This document shows positions 36,109-46,075 of a stretch of DNA of 64,000 nucleotides, piece after piece (position 1 is the stretch's first letter; each line of letters opens with the position of its first letter). The stretch lies in the IMG/VR virus record IMGVR_UViG_3300025018_000100. The stretch is one strand, 5' to 3'. The notes beneath the pieces are model-generated. The model searched no databases, had not been told where the DNA came from, and saw nothing but the letters and a program-made list of their open reading frames with translations. The position numbers and the translations under genes were made by a program. Source of the stretch: a virus.

Positions 36109-36664
36109 TTGGGAAGATAGTTTAAATCATTTACCTTTCACAGAACATACAGATAAAGATTTATTAAATAATCAAGCCGTAGCTTTAAAAAGTGAAGATG
36201 GAAAGTACACAAGTTTTTATAGAAGTAAGAACTTGGAAAAACCTAAAGATTATAGTTTTACTAGTATTTATTATGAATATTCAGGTATTAAAAGACTAGT
36301 AGATTTTTTTGAGTTAGAATCTACTAGAATAAGAATACATAAACAAAATCCTGGCGTAAAAGTAGCTTTACATAGTGATTTTAATAATGAAGACCATATT
36401 GATACTATAGATAACTATAGAGTTAGAATTATGGTTCCTTTAAATTACGATAAACATTTTATATATCATTTTCATGATGGTAAAAAACATAGTGTTTATA
36501 ACTTTAAGAAAGGACAGATAGTTACTTTTGACCCTGATTTGGTATATCATGGGACAGAAAATAATTCACAAATACCAAGATACTTGCTAGTTATGGTAGT
36601 AAAACCTAATAAATGGTTATATAGTTTACATAATAGTAAGGTTAAAAGAGAGATATATGTATGA
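36074..36664 (+). CDS. AspH-like 2OG oxygenase
   Basis: RIRI..Q.PG..LHSD, HGT.N.S..PRY.L. Confidence 0.8.
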   Translation: MIYLASTALKGDWEDSLNHLPFTEHTDKDLLNNQAVALKSEDGKYTSFYRSKNLEKPKDYSFTSIYYEYSGIKRLVDFFELESTRIRIHKQNPGVKVALHSDFNNEDHIDTIDNYRVRIMVPLNYDKHFIYHFHDGKKHSVYNFKKGQIVTFDPDLVYHGTENNSQIPRYLLVMVVKPNKWLYSLHNSKVKREIYV

Positions 36665-36957
36665 TAGTAGAAGATTTTGAACTTGATATAGGAGCAGCAT
36701 ACATTAAACCTATAAGTGGTAATAAAGTTACTGTAAAAATGAATCAATTCAGAGGTCAAGTATACGTGCATATAAGAGAATATGGAATGGATGGTGACAC
36801 TGGTAAATTTTTTCCTACAAAAAACGGCTATGCAATTTTAGGGGAAGAAGTAGATAGTGTTATTGAAAAATTAGAAATAGCTAGTAATTTATTAGCAGAA
36901 TTTTATAGAAGAAATACAAATCAATATGAATTTGATTTTATGAAGGAGAATGAATAA
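36661..36957 (+). CDS. PC4-family ssDNA-binding protein
   Basis: FRGQ.YVHIREY......PTK.G. Confidence 0.8.
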   Translation: MIVEDFELDIGAAYIKPISGNKVTVKMNQFRGQVYVHIREYGMDGDTGKFFPTKNGYAILGEEVDSVIEKLEIASNLLAEFYRRNTNQYEFDFMKENE

Positions 36958-37264
36958 TATGTCAACGAAAGCCTGGAGCGAAGAAGATGAACAAGCTCTT
37001 ATAGATTTATACACTAGTGAAAAAATGGATGTTTATGGATTAGCAAAACATTTTAATAAAGGACACCGAAGTGTTATTAGTAAGTTAGTTCAATTAAAAA
37101 TTTATAAAAGAGAAGAGACTGATAAGAAAAAAACTGAAACCGTAAAAGCTATGATAAGAGAAATAGAAGATCAACTAGGTATTGAAATAGAAGGTACAAA
37201 CCTTAATAAAAAGTCTAATCTTGTTAATTTAGTTACAGCCCTCAGAGGTAAGGTAGAAAAATAA
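36950..37264 (+). CDS. Hypothetical HTH protein
   Basis: WSEEDE..L..LY, LA.HF.K..RSVISKL. Confidence 0.7.
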   Translation: MNNMSTKAWSEEDEQALIDLYTSEKMDVYGLAKHFNKGHRSVISKLVQLKIYKREETDKKKTETVKAMIREIEDQLGIEIEGTNLNKKSNLVNLVTALRGKVEK

Positions 37265-37821
37265 TGTTTATATTGGGAATTCACGGTAAAATAGGTAGCG
37301 GTAAAGATACTTTAGCAGATTATATAATTAGCAAAGAATCTAGTTTTGTAAAAAAATCATATGCGTATAAATTAAAATATATAACTAGTTTTCTAACCGG
37401 AGTATCTTTGGAGGACTGTTTTACTCAAGAAGGTAAAAATAAATATATGCCAGAATGGGGTATGACGGTAGGTGAATTTCAACAAAAACTAGGTACAGAA
37501 GCGATTAGAGATGGACTTCATGAAGATGGGTGGACGTTAGCACTATTTGCGGAATATGATGCAGATAATTACGAAACTAATTGGATTATTACAGATGTAA
37601 GATTTCCTAACGAAGCAGAAGCGATACTTGCTAGAGGAGGAAAATTATTAAAACTAGAGGGTGATCCTAATCATATTAGGGCTAATAGTAAAAGGGATAT
37701 GAGTCACCCAAGTGAAACTTCTTTAGATAATTGGACAAAATGGGATTTTACTTATACAAATGACAAATCTCTTGAAGAATTATATAAGTTTGGCGACCAT
37801 CTTCTGAAAGAATTAATTTGA
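37264..37821 (+). CDS. Deoxynucleoside monophosphate kinase
   Basis: GKIGSGKDT, LGTEA.R, ITDVRFPNE, HPSE. Confidence 0.9.
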   Translation: MFILGIHGKIGSGKDTLADYIISKESSFVKKSYAYKLKYITSFLTGVSLEDCFTQEGKNKYMPEWGMTVGEFQQKLGTEAIRDGLHEDGWTLALFAEYDADNYETNWIITDVRFPNEAEAILARGGKLLKLEGDPNHIRANSKRDMSHPSETSLDNWTKWDFTYTNDKSLEELYKFGDHLLKELI

Positions 37822-37851
37822 TATTAAGTTAAATTTCTTATATAATAAATT

Positions 37852-38076
37852 ATGTTAGAAGCAGTTATAATATATACATTAATCATTACAGACGTACAAC
37901 CAGCTAGTGTTACACAAGGGTACTTTTATAATACGAAGTACCCTTGGACACTGGAATACTGTGAAAATTATGTATTGCCAGAATTTACGGTCAATATTAA
38001 TTCGGTTGATAATATAGAACTTCGCCATGCAAAATGTGAGATGGTAGAAGTTAATAGACAAGGAGAAAAGAAATGA
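37852..38076 (+). CDS. Small hypothetical protein, probably leaderless
   Basis: TTGATA-N17-TATAAT (37818-37846) ends 5 nt before ATG. Confidence 0.65.
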   Translation: MLEAVIIYTLIITDVQPASVTQGYFYNTKYPWTLEYCENYVLPEFTVNINSVDNIELRHAKCEMVEVNRQGEKK

Positions 38077-38447
38077 CTTAGGAAGATCCTACATTAAGAT
38101 TATATGCAATAGTTAGAAGAGATTTAGAAATGCCACCAGGAAAGCTGGCTACACAAGCAGGACATGCGTATACTAATACGCTATTACAAGCAGATTATGA
38201 AACAGTTATTGAGTACCAAGGTGAAGATAATATAGGTACTAAAGCACTATTATTTGTAAACAGCCAAAAAGAATTAGAAGAATTATATTGTGAAGCACAA
38301 TATTTGGGATTAAATTGTAACTTAGTGATAGATAAAGGACACGTTTTACCGCCGCATTTTGATGGTTCAGAGGTTATTACAGCACTAGGAGTCGGTCCTA
38401 TAAACAGGAAAGACGCTCACTTTATAAAAGACTTAAAAACAAAATAA
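38073..38447 (+). CDS. Peptidyl-tRNA hydrolase PTH2 family with in-frame TAG at codon 3
   Basis: AGGAG RBS, ATG ACT TAG GAA...; LRLYAIVRRDLEMPPGKLATQAGHA, ID.G, TALGVGP. Confidence 0.8.
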
Positions 38448-38452
38448 CAATA

Positions 38453-38504
38453 AAGGCAACTAAGATAATTTTTAGTTGCCTTTTACTTTTTTTGAGATTA
38501 TAAT
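38453..38504 (+). terminator. Terminator hairpin overlapping a TTGCCT-N17-TATAAT promoter
   Basis: AAAGGCAACTAA..TTAGTTGCCTTT followed by T tract. Confidence 0.75.
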
Positions 38505-38510
38505 ATGAAG

Positions 38511-38645
38511 ATGATAAAAGATGAACCTTTAGAATTAATTTCAGATAATAACTTGTGCGGTTCAGATTTTAAAACTCAAGATTCGTGGAATGTTTTAGTA
38601 GAGCTTCTATACTACATAACAAATATTAATATGGAATATATATAA
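38511..38645 (+). CDS. 44-aa hypothetical protein, probably leaderless
   Basis: ATG 6 nt after the -10 box; stop abuts ligase ATG. Confidence 0.45.
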   Translation: MIKDEPLELISDNNLCGSDFKTQDSWNVLVELLYYITNINMEYI

Positions 38646-40406
38646 ATGAAATATGATGAATTAGTAGAAACAATAATTAAACATGATATTGCTTATTATG
38701 ATCATAATAAACCTACTATCAGTGATACCGAATATGATAAACTATATGATGCATTATTAATAACAGAAAAATCTCAGGGCTGGGCAGCACATAATTCTCC
38801 CTCACGTAGGGTCGGTGGTTTTAACGGCAAAATTAAACATAAGCATCGTTTATACTCTTTAAAAAAGGTATACGAGAAAAGCGAAGTAGATCCTATATTT
38901 GACGTTAAAACCCCAAAAATTGATGGGGCTAACTTAACTCTTACCTTTATCAAAGGTAAGATATTTAATATGCTTACAAGAGGTAGGGATGGTGCTTATG
39001 GCGAAGATGTACTTCATTTATTTCCTTATTTAAAAGGTACGCCAAAGTCTATACCTGAAAACTACACAGAAATTGTTGTTACAGGAGAATGCGTTACTGA
39101 AAATGGTGACGTAGAAAATTTTCGTAACTATGTTTCAGGAGCATTAGGATTAAAAGATGTAGAGGAGTTTAAATTCCGCAATATTAGATTTATTGCTCAC
39201 GATTGGTTAGGTATTGATATGCCTTATACCAAAAGAATGGAAGTTTTAGCTAATATGGGATTTGAAACTGTATTTACTATAGACCCAGATAAATATCCTA
39301 CAGATGGTGTTGTATATAGAGTAAATAGTTTTAAAGTATCTAAAGAATTAGGATATACAGCTAAATATCCTAGATTTGCAGTAGCATTAAAACCTAGAGG
39401 AAAGCTAACAGCTATTACTACATTACAAAATGTAGAATGGGTAGTTGGTCGTTCTGGTGTAGTTGCTCCTACGGGTATTGTTATGCCTGTTATATTAGAC
39501 GATGCTACTATTACAAGAGTTACATTACATAACATCGGTATTATTGAGCAACACAAACTCTGTCTTGGTGATACTATTGAAATTGAGAGAGCTGGCGGGG
39601 TTATTCCGAAGTTCGTTCGTAAGGTAGTAAATAGCCCACATAATGCTTTTATTACTGCTGATATGGCAGAAGAAGCTATCGGCTGTAGTACTTATAGAGA
39701 AGGTCCTAGACTGTTTGTTGCAGAAGGACATGCTAATATTAACCGTAAAAATCTTGAACATTATATTAAAACTATGGGAATCAAAGGTTTAGGACCTAGA
39801 AGTTTAGATAAACTAGATTTTACTCATATTGTTGATATTTACCGGAATGACGTTAAATGGACTGCGATATTAGGAGCTAATGGACTTAAAATAAAAGAAG
39901 AAATTGAACAGAGTAAAACAAAACCTTATACAGTAGTATTAGCCTCTTTAGGTATTCCGGGGGTTGGAACATCTACTGCCTTAGAGATTTGTAAATATAT
40001 TAAAGAATTTGGTAAATTAAGAGATATTGAATATACTCAAATCAAAGGCATTGCTAATAAAACTAAAGAAAAAATTCTTAGTTGGTTAGATGTAAACGAA
40101 GAATGGGTATATAGTCTACCTGTAAATTTAGTAGCAGAAGATAAAGATATTGCTTTTGAGGAAAGTGATTCTGTTGCCGAACGAAAAGTTTGTGTTACAG
40201 GAAAAATGGATATGACGAAAGGTGATTTAAAAGAACATTTAGGTCAATTTGGGTATAAACTAGTTGATGCCGTCACTAAAGATTGTTACGTATTAATTGT
40301 AGCAGGCGATTATGCCTCTACAAAAGCAGAAAAAGCAGAAAAATATGGGATAAGAATTATAGACTACTGGAAGCAAAAGTCAGACATTTTAAAAGGCCAG
40401 CTTTGA
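38646..40406 (+). CDS. ligA: NAD+-dependent DNA ligase
   Basis: YY..P.ISD.EYD.L, KIDG, TRG, RN..SG, DGVV, PRFAVA.K, TLHN, RAG.VIP, HhH repeats, BRCT. Confidence 0.95.
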   Translation: MKYDELVETIIKHDIAYYDHNKPTISDTEYDKLYDALLITEKSQGWAAHNSPSRRVGGFNGKIKHKHRLYSLKKVYEKSEVDPIFDVKTPKIDGANLTLTFIKGKIFNMLTRGRDGAYGEDVLHLFPYLKGTPKSIPENYTEIVVTGECVTENGDVENFRNYVSGALGLKDVEEFKFRNIRFIAHDWLGIDMPYTKRMEVLANMGFETVFTIDPDKYPTDGVVYRVNSFKVSKELGYTAKYPRFAVALKPRGKLTAITTLQNVEWVVGRSGVVAPTGIVMPVILDDATITRVTLHNIGIIEQHKLCLGDTIEIERAGGVIPKFVRKVVNSPHNAFITADMAEEAIGCSTYREGPRLFVAEGHANINRKNLEHYIKTMGIKGLGPRSLDKLDFTHIVDIYRNDVKWTAILGANGLKIKEEIEQSKTKPYTVVLASLGIPGVGTSTALEICKYIKEFGKLRDIEYTQIKGIANKTKEKILSWLDVNEEWVYSLPVNLVAEDKDIAFEESDSVAERKVCVTGKMDMTKGDLKEHLGQFGYKLVDAVTKDCYVLIVAGDYASTKAEKAEKYGIRIIDYWKQKSDILKGQL

Positions 40407-40586
40407 GCAAATAAAGTAAAAATCATCTTGCCCTCTTGATTTCTTTGTGTTATTATAACTCATAAATGAAAAACAGAGTTTACAAAGATAAATTCTGATT
40501 TATTTTAATAAAACTCAATAGTTTTATTATTAATCATTCACACTAGGATTTAAAAATCCATAAAACAAACCAGGAGAAAATATAAT

Positions 40587-41267
40587 ATGAGTAAATTTCA
40601 GTATACAGAAGAAATGGTAAAGCGCATGACAGATGCTGCGGAAAACGGTGTAACAGAAGAGCTAGTAGAAACATTAGTTTCTGAGTTCGAATTTCCTCGT
40701 CGTAGCGTAACCGCTAAATATCGTAAGTTAGGATTTGAAGTTCCTAAAAAGCAAAACGTACCTGTATTTAGTGCAGAAGAGTCTGAAGCACTAAAGAACT
40801 TATTAGAAGCCAATAACGGTGAGCTAACAGCAGAAGAAATTGCTGCACAGTTTGCTGATGGTAAATTCACTTCTCGCCAGATCAATGGTAAGGCTCTTAG
40901 CCTTGAAATGACTGGTAGCATTAAGGCTGCTGAGAAGAAGGAAACACCTAAGACCTATACTCCAGAACAAGAAAGTGTAATTACTGAACTTGTTGAGGCA
41001 GGTAAGTTCATCGAAGAAATCGCTGAAGCACTTGGTAAGGAAGTCTCTAGTGTACGTGGTAAGCTTCTTAGCATGGGTCTAAAAGCCCCTCAACGTGATA
41101 AGAAGGCCTCTCGTACAGATACTTATGAAGGTATCGAAGATATTGCAGCAGATAAAACTGTTGCAGAGCTTGCTGAACATTATGGCAAAACTGAGCGTGG
41201 TGTTAGAACTGTTCTTACTCGCCGTAGTATCGCAGCTAAAGATCATCCGATCAAAGAAAAGGAATAA
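40587..41267 (+). CDS. T5 D5-like DNA-binding protein (tandem HTH repeats)
   Basis: RSVTAKYRKLGFEV, RQINGKALSLE, SVRGKLLS, RGVRTVLTRR; position after ligase as in T5; TTGCCC-N17-TATTAT promoter at 40428-40456. Confidence 0.8.
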   Translation: MSKFQYTEEMVKRMTDAAENGVTEELVETLVSEFEFPRRSVTAKYRKLGFEVPKKQNVPVFSAEESEALKNLLEANNGELTAEEIAAQFADGKFTSRQINGKALSLEMTGSIKAAEKKETPKTYTPEQESVITELVEAGKFIEEIAEALGKEVSSVRGKLLSMGLKAPQRDKKASRTDTYEGIEDIAADKTVAELAEHYGKTERGVRTVLTRRSIAAKDHPIKEKE

Positions 41268-41296
41268 AATACTCTGTAAAAGAGTATAGTTAAAAC

Positions 41297-41333
41297 AAGC
41301 GGTAGAAGTGTGAGCTTCTACCGCTTTATTTTT
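41297..41333 (+). terminator. Intrinsic terminator
   Basis: AAGCGGTAGAAG..CTTCTACCGCTT followed by T tract. Confidence 0.85.
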
Positions 41334-41343
41334 TGAGGTAAAT

Positions 41344-41652
41344 ATGGCAGATAAATTTTCATTAGAACAATTAAGAGATGATAAATTAGAAATAATTCTT
41401 AGTCTAGATGATCGAGAATTAGCTATTTATTTAGATAACTTAGTACAAAGATTTTATCCTCATGCTAGAGATTATTCTTTAGAGCGATATCAGGAATTGT
41501 GTGATCAATATATTAATAGTTTTCATTTAGAAAGAATATACAGGCAGTCAGAAGAACTTCAAGAAGGATTTGTTCCTGTTTATACAGACACAGGCATGAT
41601 TCAAGAATTAACTAATAAACTTTATGCACTTCCTGTATCAATAAAAAATTAA
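41344..41652 (+). CDS. Hypothetical protein
   Basis: GAGG RBS. Confidence 0.7.
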   Translation: MADKFSLEQLRDDKLEIILSLDDRELAIYLDNLVQRFYPHARDYSLERYQELCDQYINSFHLERIYRQSEELQEGFVPVYTDTGMIQELTNKLYALPVSIKN

Positions 41653-41708
41653 AAACTATTGCTAAGTAAGTCTTAATTACAATAAAATAAATAATTAAGG
41701 AGATAAAT

Positions 41709-42716
41709 ATGACTAAAGATTATTTTAATCGAGATCAAACTGATTATCGAATTACTACTTGTTGTCAATTCCATGACGCTTCCCTAAAGAAACAAATGAA
41801 TATTGGTACTTGTACTAAAACTAATGCACTAAAAGATCACCAAAAAGCTACGTTAAAAGCTGTAAGTAATTGTAAAGAATTAATTAAATTTATGAATTAC
41901 TTTGCTAAACAACCTGTCAATCTTCGATCATTTCGAATTAGTAGTACTATGTTCCCTTGTTTCACTGTTCCTGAGATTAATCCTTACTACGAAGAAGTAT
42001 GGGAAGAAATAAATAAATTATTAAAAATTGCTGGAAATATAGCTATAGAAAATAAAATACGTCTGAGCATGCACCCAGATCAATTCTGTGTACTCGCCAG
42101 TAATAGATCAGATGTAGTTAAAAATAGTATTGATGAAATGCATTATCATGGATATATAGGAGAAATGTTAGGCATTGAACCTGAAAGCTTTAGTATAAAT
42201 ATTCATTTACAAGGTAAATACGGAATAGCTAGTAGTGAACCAGGTATTCAAAGATTTGTTAGTGCGTATCAAGATCTAAATGATTATTGTAAGAAAGCTA
42301 TTAGTGTAGAAAACGAAGATAAACCTAATGGTTATGATATTTATGATACCTTAGAATTAGCACAAAGAATACCTATTAGATGTACTTTAGATATACACCA
42401 TTATGAGTGTTGGCGTAAAAAAGACTGTGAATATCCAAGTGTTACAGATGATTTCTTTAAAGAAGCAGTAAAAACCTGGAAAGGACACAGACCTTTATTT
42501 CATAAATCTCAAAGTATTCCCGGAGAACCTAGAATAAATTCTCATAGCGATATATATTATGATGAAGATCGTATGAGCAGAGCTGTCCCTATGCTAGAGT
42601 ATGCTGATTTTGATATTGAAGCTAAACATAAAGAAGTAGCTGTTAAACATTTTTACAATTTTATTAAAGAAGAAGAAGAAATGGCTGGAGAGTTTTTAGT
42701 ATGCAAAACTCTATAA
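41709..42716 (+). CDS. uvsE: UV damage endonuclease
   Basis: FRISS..FP, RLSMHPDQF.VLAS, NIH, VENED, LDIHH, H.S, HSD, EAKHKE. Confidence 0.92.
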   Translation: MTKDYFNRDQTDYRITTCCQFHDASLKKQMNIGTCTKTNALKDHQKATLKAVSNCKELIKFMNYFAKQPVNLRSFRISSTMFPCFTVPEINPYYEEVWEEINKLLKIAGNIAIENKIRLSMHPDQFCVLASNRSDVVKNSIDEMHYHGYIGEMLGIEPESFSINIHLQGKYGIASSEPGIQRFVSAYQDLNDYCKKAISVENEDKPNGYDIYDTLELAQRIPIRCTLDIHHYECWRKKDCEYPSVTDDFFKEAVKTWKGHRPLFHKSQSIPGEPRINSHSDIYYDEDRMSRAVPMLEYADFDIEAKHKEVAVKHFYNFIKEEEEMAGEFLVCKTL

Positions 42717-43648
42717 AAGCTTTAATTTCTCATAAAAAAACTATAAATGTATGGTGGCTTACAACTATGAGATGTAATTACAGTTGTTGGTATTGTGCTA
42801 GTTTTGCTAATAATTTGCCGGGAGATAGATTTAAAAGTTGGGATGATTATGTAATAGCTTTATCTTATTTAAGATTATTATGGCCTTTAGAAGAGACAAT
42901 AGTAATTACTTTAACGGGAGGAGAGCCTTTATTATATAAAGATTGGGATAAGTTTTTAAAAACTAAATTTGATAATATGATTATACATATACTTACAAAC
43001 TTATCTTTACCGTTAAATATCATAAAAGATAGATTAGATGGTACTCAAGGTAAAAAGAATTTTACTGTAAGTTATCATGCTAGTTTTTGTGATATTAATG
43101 TTTTATTACCCAAATTATTATACTTAAAAGAAAAAAACTATTTAAATTGTGTAAAAATATTAAACGATACTAGATATACAGAAAAAGTAAACGAGGCTTA
43201 TAAGATATGTGTTGAGAATGATTTATCTGTAGTTTTTACTTATTTAGATAATCAAGTAGAGGAAAATGCGATAATAGGTAGTACTGTTTCTATTGAAAAT
43301 AGTAGTAAATCTACTAAAATTCAAAAAGATTTAGAAGTAGTATATGAAGATAGTTCTGTTATGGTAGATAGCAATTACTTATATACAAATGAGCTAAATA
43401 ATTTTAAGGGTATGTTGTGTGAATTAGGCCAGCGTAATTTATATATTGATTATCAAGGTAATGCTTTTCCTTCTGCTTGTATGCTTAATTTTAAGAAAAC
43501 TAACTTGGGTAATATTTACAAGCAAAATATTAAATTATATACAAAACCTAAAACTTGCCCATTTAATTTCTGTGCATGTGGTTCAGATTTCGAATTTTCT
43601 AAATGGGATAAGGTTTATTATGAAGAATTACGTCAGCAAACATCTTAA
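42701..43648 (+). CDS. Radical SAM protein with C-terminal Cys cluster
   Basis: CNYSCWYC, TGGEP, SYH, C..G...C...CP..FCAC. Confidence 0.88.
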   Translation: MQNSIKALISHKKTINVWWLTTMRCNYSCWYCASFANNLPGDRFKSWDDYVIALSYLRLLWPLEETIVITLTGGEPLLYKDWDKFLKTKFDNMIIHILTNLSLPLNIIKDRLDGTQGKKNFTVSYHASFCDINVLLPKLLYLKEKNYLNCVKILNDTRYTEKVNEAYKICVENDLSVVFTYLDNQVEENAIIGSTVSIENSSKSTKIQKDLEVVYEDSSVMVDSNYLYTNELNNFKGMLCELGQRNLYIDYQGNAFPSACMLNFKKTNLGNIYKQNIKLYTKPKTCPFNFCACGSDFEFSKWDKVYYEELRQQTS

Positions 43649-43728
43649 AAATTTAGCTTGCTAGAACGGCAAAATTTTAGTATAATTAAACATATCAGAT
43701 ATTATATATAAAGGAAGAGGAAAAGGGT

Positions 43729-44490
43729 ATGCCTAGAGCAGGTACTAAAATAGGAGAACTTGATGAAGCTAAAATTCGTCAAGCTATCTGGATGCTTAAA
43801 GTAGGGAAAACAAAAAAAGAATGTTGTGAGCATTTAGGCATTGCTTATAATACTACTAGATTAACTAAAATTTTGGATGAGTTTAAGTTAAATGAAGAAA
43901 AAGTAGCTAAACTTAAAGAGAAAGCTAAAACTAAAGAATTTTCTGAGCTTGAAAAGAAAGAAATAGCCCAAGAATATTTAGAAGGTAAAGCTGTAAGTAA
44001 TATAGCTAAAATGTATCACGTAACCGATTATCGTATTAAGAAAATCCTCAAGGAATTACAAGTACCTATTCGAGGTCGCGGAAAAAATAAAGAAGCTAAA
44101 GTAGATCACATAGTACAAAATCTAGATACTAGATTAAGTGTAGGTGATAGAGTATTCTATGTTCCCACCAGCGATACTTGCTTAATTAAACAAATATATG
44201 ATGAAGAATATGCAGAATACCTTTCTAACCCAGTTAGAGAAAGGTACGTACATATGTTTGACGCAAAAGATGAATACCAACAAACTAGAGAAGGTGTACA
44301 CTATGAGGTTTATTGGGTTTATGACAATGGTAAAGAAATGAAGAGACTAGCCGTTCAGTCTATAGTTAACGGAATATATGATAATATTGAAAAAAATGGA
44401 AGAGAAAGCTATTTAATATGGAGACTAGGAGATTATGCTAGATATATTGAAAGCTCTAGAGAAAACATTCTTCCAATCGAGGTAAAATGA
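43729..44490 (+). CDS. Hypothetical HTH-containing protein
   Basis: TKKECCEHLGIAYNTTRL and second HTH; TTGCTA-N17-TATAAT promoter at 43658-43686. Confidence 0.75.
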   Translation: MPRAGTKIGELDEAKIRQAIWMLKVGKTKKECCEHLGIAYNTTRLTKILDEFKLNEEKVAKLKEKAKTKEFSELEKKEIAQEYLEGKAVSNIAKMYHVTDYRIKKILKELQVPIRGRGKNKEAKVDHIVQNLDTRLSVGDRVFYVPTSDTCLIKQIYDEEYAEYLSNPVRERYVHMFDAKDEYQQTREGVHYEVYWVYDNGKEMKRLAVQSIVNGIYDNIEKNGRESYLIWRLGDYARYIESSRENILPIEVK

Positions 44491-44660
44491 ATATAAAAAG
44501 ATTAGAGAAACTAAATATCGGAGACGTTATTTACGAATGTGAGTATGGGATGACTATTGCTGCCGAACTTACAACTAAGCCAAAAATTTGTATTGCAGAG
44601 GACGGTAAATTATATTTAGATAACGGAATGCTTGAGGGCCAAGAGATACATATTAGATGA
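44487..44660 (+). CDS. 57-aa hypothetical protein
   Basis: ATGA overlaps at both ends. Confidence 0.55.
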   Translation: MNIKRLEKLNIGDVIYECEYGMTIAAELTTKPKICIAEDGKLYLDNGMLEGQEIHIR

Positions 44661-46075
44661 ATTTAGATTTACAGAAGATCACACTTAGACGATTAATTGA
44701 AACACAAGATCATGAATTATATACCAAATTAGCCCGTCAATATTTTAGCGGGCTAAATTTGTTATTATTTGTTAAGATTGAGGGTTTTTATAAAAAATCA
44801 CTTAGACTTCCTAGTATAGAAGAATTTACCAGTATTAGGAAAGATAGTACACTACAACAACATTGGGAGAATGAAATTCTCCATGAAGAAAATATAAGTG
44901 CTACTGTCCAAAGCGAATTTCTTGTTGCACAATTACAGGATTATTGTGTTAGAGAAGAAACTATTAAATTTCTTAATGAGTTTTTAGATAGCTTCGAAGA
45001 ATACGAAAGTGTTGAGATCGTAGATGCTTTTCAAAATCATCTATTACGACTGAATGAGGCTATACCTATTAGTGATGAATGTTACGATATTGCAGACATG
45101 GATTTAATTCCGAAAGGTGATAGTTTTACTCTATATACTAGTGGGTTGAGTAGTGAATATGACGCTAGAAATGGTGGATTTGCCCTACAAGAACTAGTTA
45201 TGTTAGGTGGTAGACGTGGTAGTGGTAAGAGCATAATATCATTGAATTTAGCATTACATAGATTTTTACAAGGTAATACAGTTAGTTTCTTTACAATCGA
45301 AATGAGACATAAAGAAGTACATGATAGATTATTAAGTATTATTAGCGGTGTACCTTTCCTTGATATTTTCAAAAATCAAACTACTTTAAAACAAGATTCT
45401 CACATAATTAATTCTAAGCTAGATTTATTATATAAATCTACAGATAAACTTAATTATTTTAAAACATTATTTAGTAATGCCAAGAATAAACAAGATTTAA
45501 TCAGAGCTGAACAATTATTTAAAAATGACAAGCCAGAATTTAAAGAGCATAGATTTTTTATTATTGATGATGAAAGTTTAACTCTTAATAGAATTGATCA
45601 CTATTCTAATATGTTTAGTAATAAATATTCTAAATACACTATGGGAGTAGTAGATTATCTTAATATTATTAAAACACCTGATGGTAAGGATTGGAAAGCT
45701 CAAATTCAAGTAGCAGAGGAATTAAAACGAGTTAGTAGAAAATATGATCTTACTATGTTAACCCCATATCAAACAGATGCTACCGGTGAGGCTAGATTTT
45801 CTAAAGGTATTCTTGATAGTGCTGATAGAAGTTTTATTTTCCATAGGGGTGAAGAAACCGAGAATACTAAAGGCGGGAATTATCAATACGATAATGGGCC
45901 TATTTTAGTTAATACAACTAAAATAAGAAACGGTGCACGTATGGATTTTGATGTAGATATGGACTGGGAATGCGTAAAAGTTATTAGCGATAAAAGTAGT
46001 TTAAGTAAAGAAAAACCTCATAAAATAGCAATGTATGGTAGTGACCAAGAAGAAAAAGAGATGGACCTGAGCTAA
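44657..46075 (+). CDS. Replicative DnaB-like helicase (T5 D6-like)
   Basis: GGRRGSGKS, FTIEM, VVDYLN, PYQ, RFSKGILD.AD, K.RN. Confidence 0.9.
   Translation: MNLDLQKITLRRLIETQDHELYTKLARQYFSGLNLLLFVKIEGFYKKSLRLPSIEEFTSIRKDSTLQQHWENEILHEENISATVQSEFLVAQLQDYCVREETIKFLNEFLDSFEEYESVEIVDAFQNHLLRLNEAIPISDECYDIADMDLIPKGDSFTLYTSGLSSEYDARNGGFALQELVMLGGRRGSGKSIISLNLALHRFLQGNTVSFFTIEMRHKEVHDRLLSIISGVPFLDIFKNQTTLKQDSHIINSKLDLLYKSTDKLNYFKTLFSNAKNKQDLIRAEQLFKNDKPEFKEHRFFIIDDESLTLNRIDHYSNMFSNKYSKYTMGVVDYLNIIKTPDGKDWKAQIQVAEELKRVSRKYDLTMLTPYQTDATGEARFSKGILDSADRSFIFHRGEETENTKGGNYQYDNGPILVNTTKIRNGARMDFDVDMDWECVKVISDKSSLSKEKPHKIAMYGSDQEEKEMDLS

Noticed and set aside
38079-38081. Genome-wide TAG reassignment
   Set aside because: TAG ends several full-length genes (primase, polymerase, 56672-57493), long ORFs are intact in code 11, and no CTA tRNA is seen in the window
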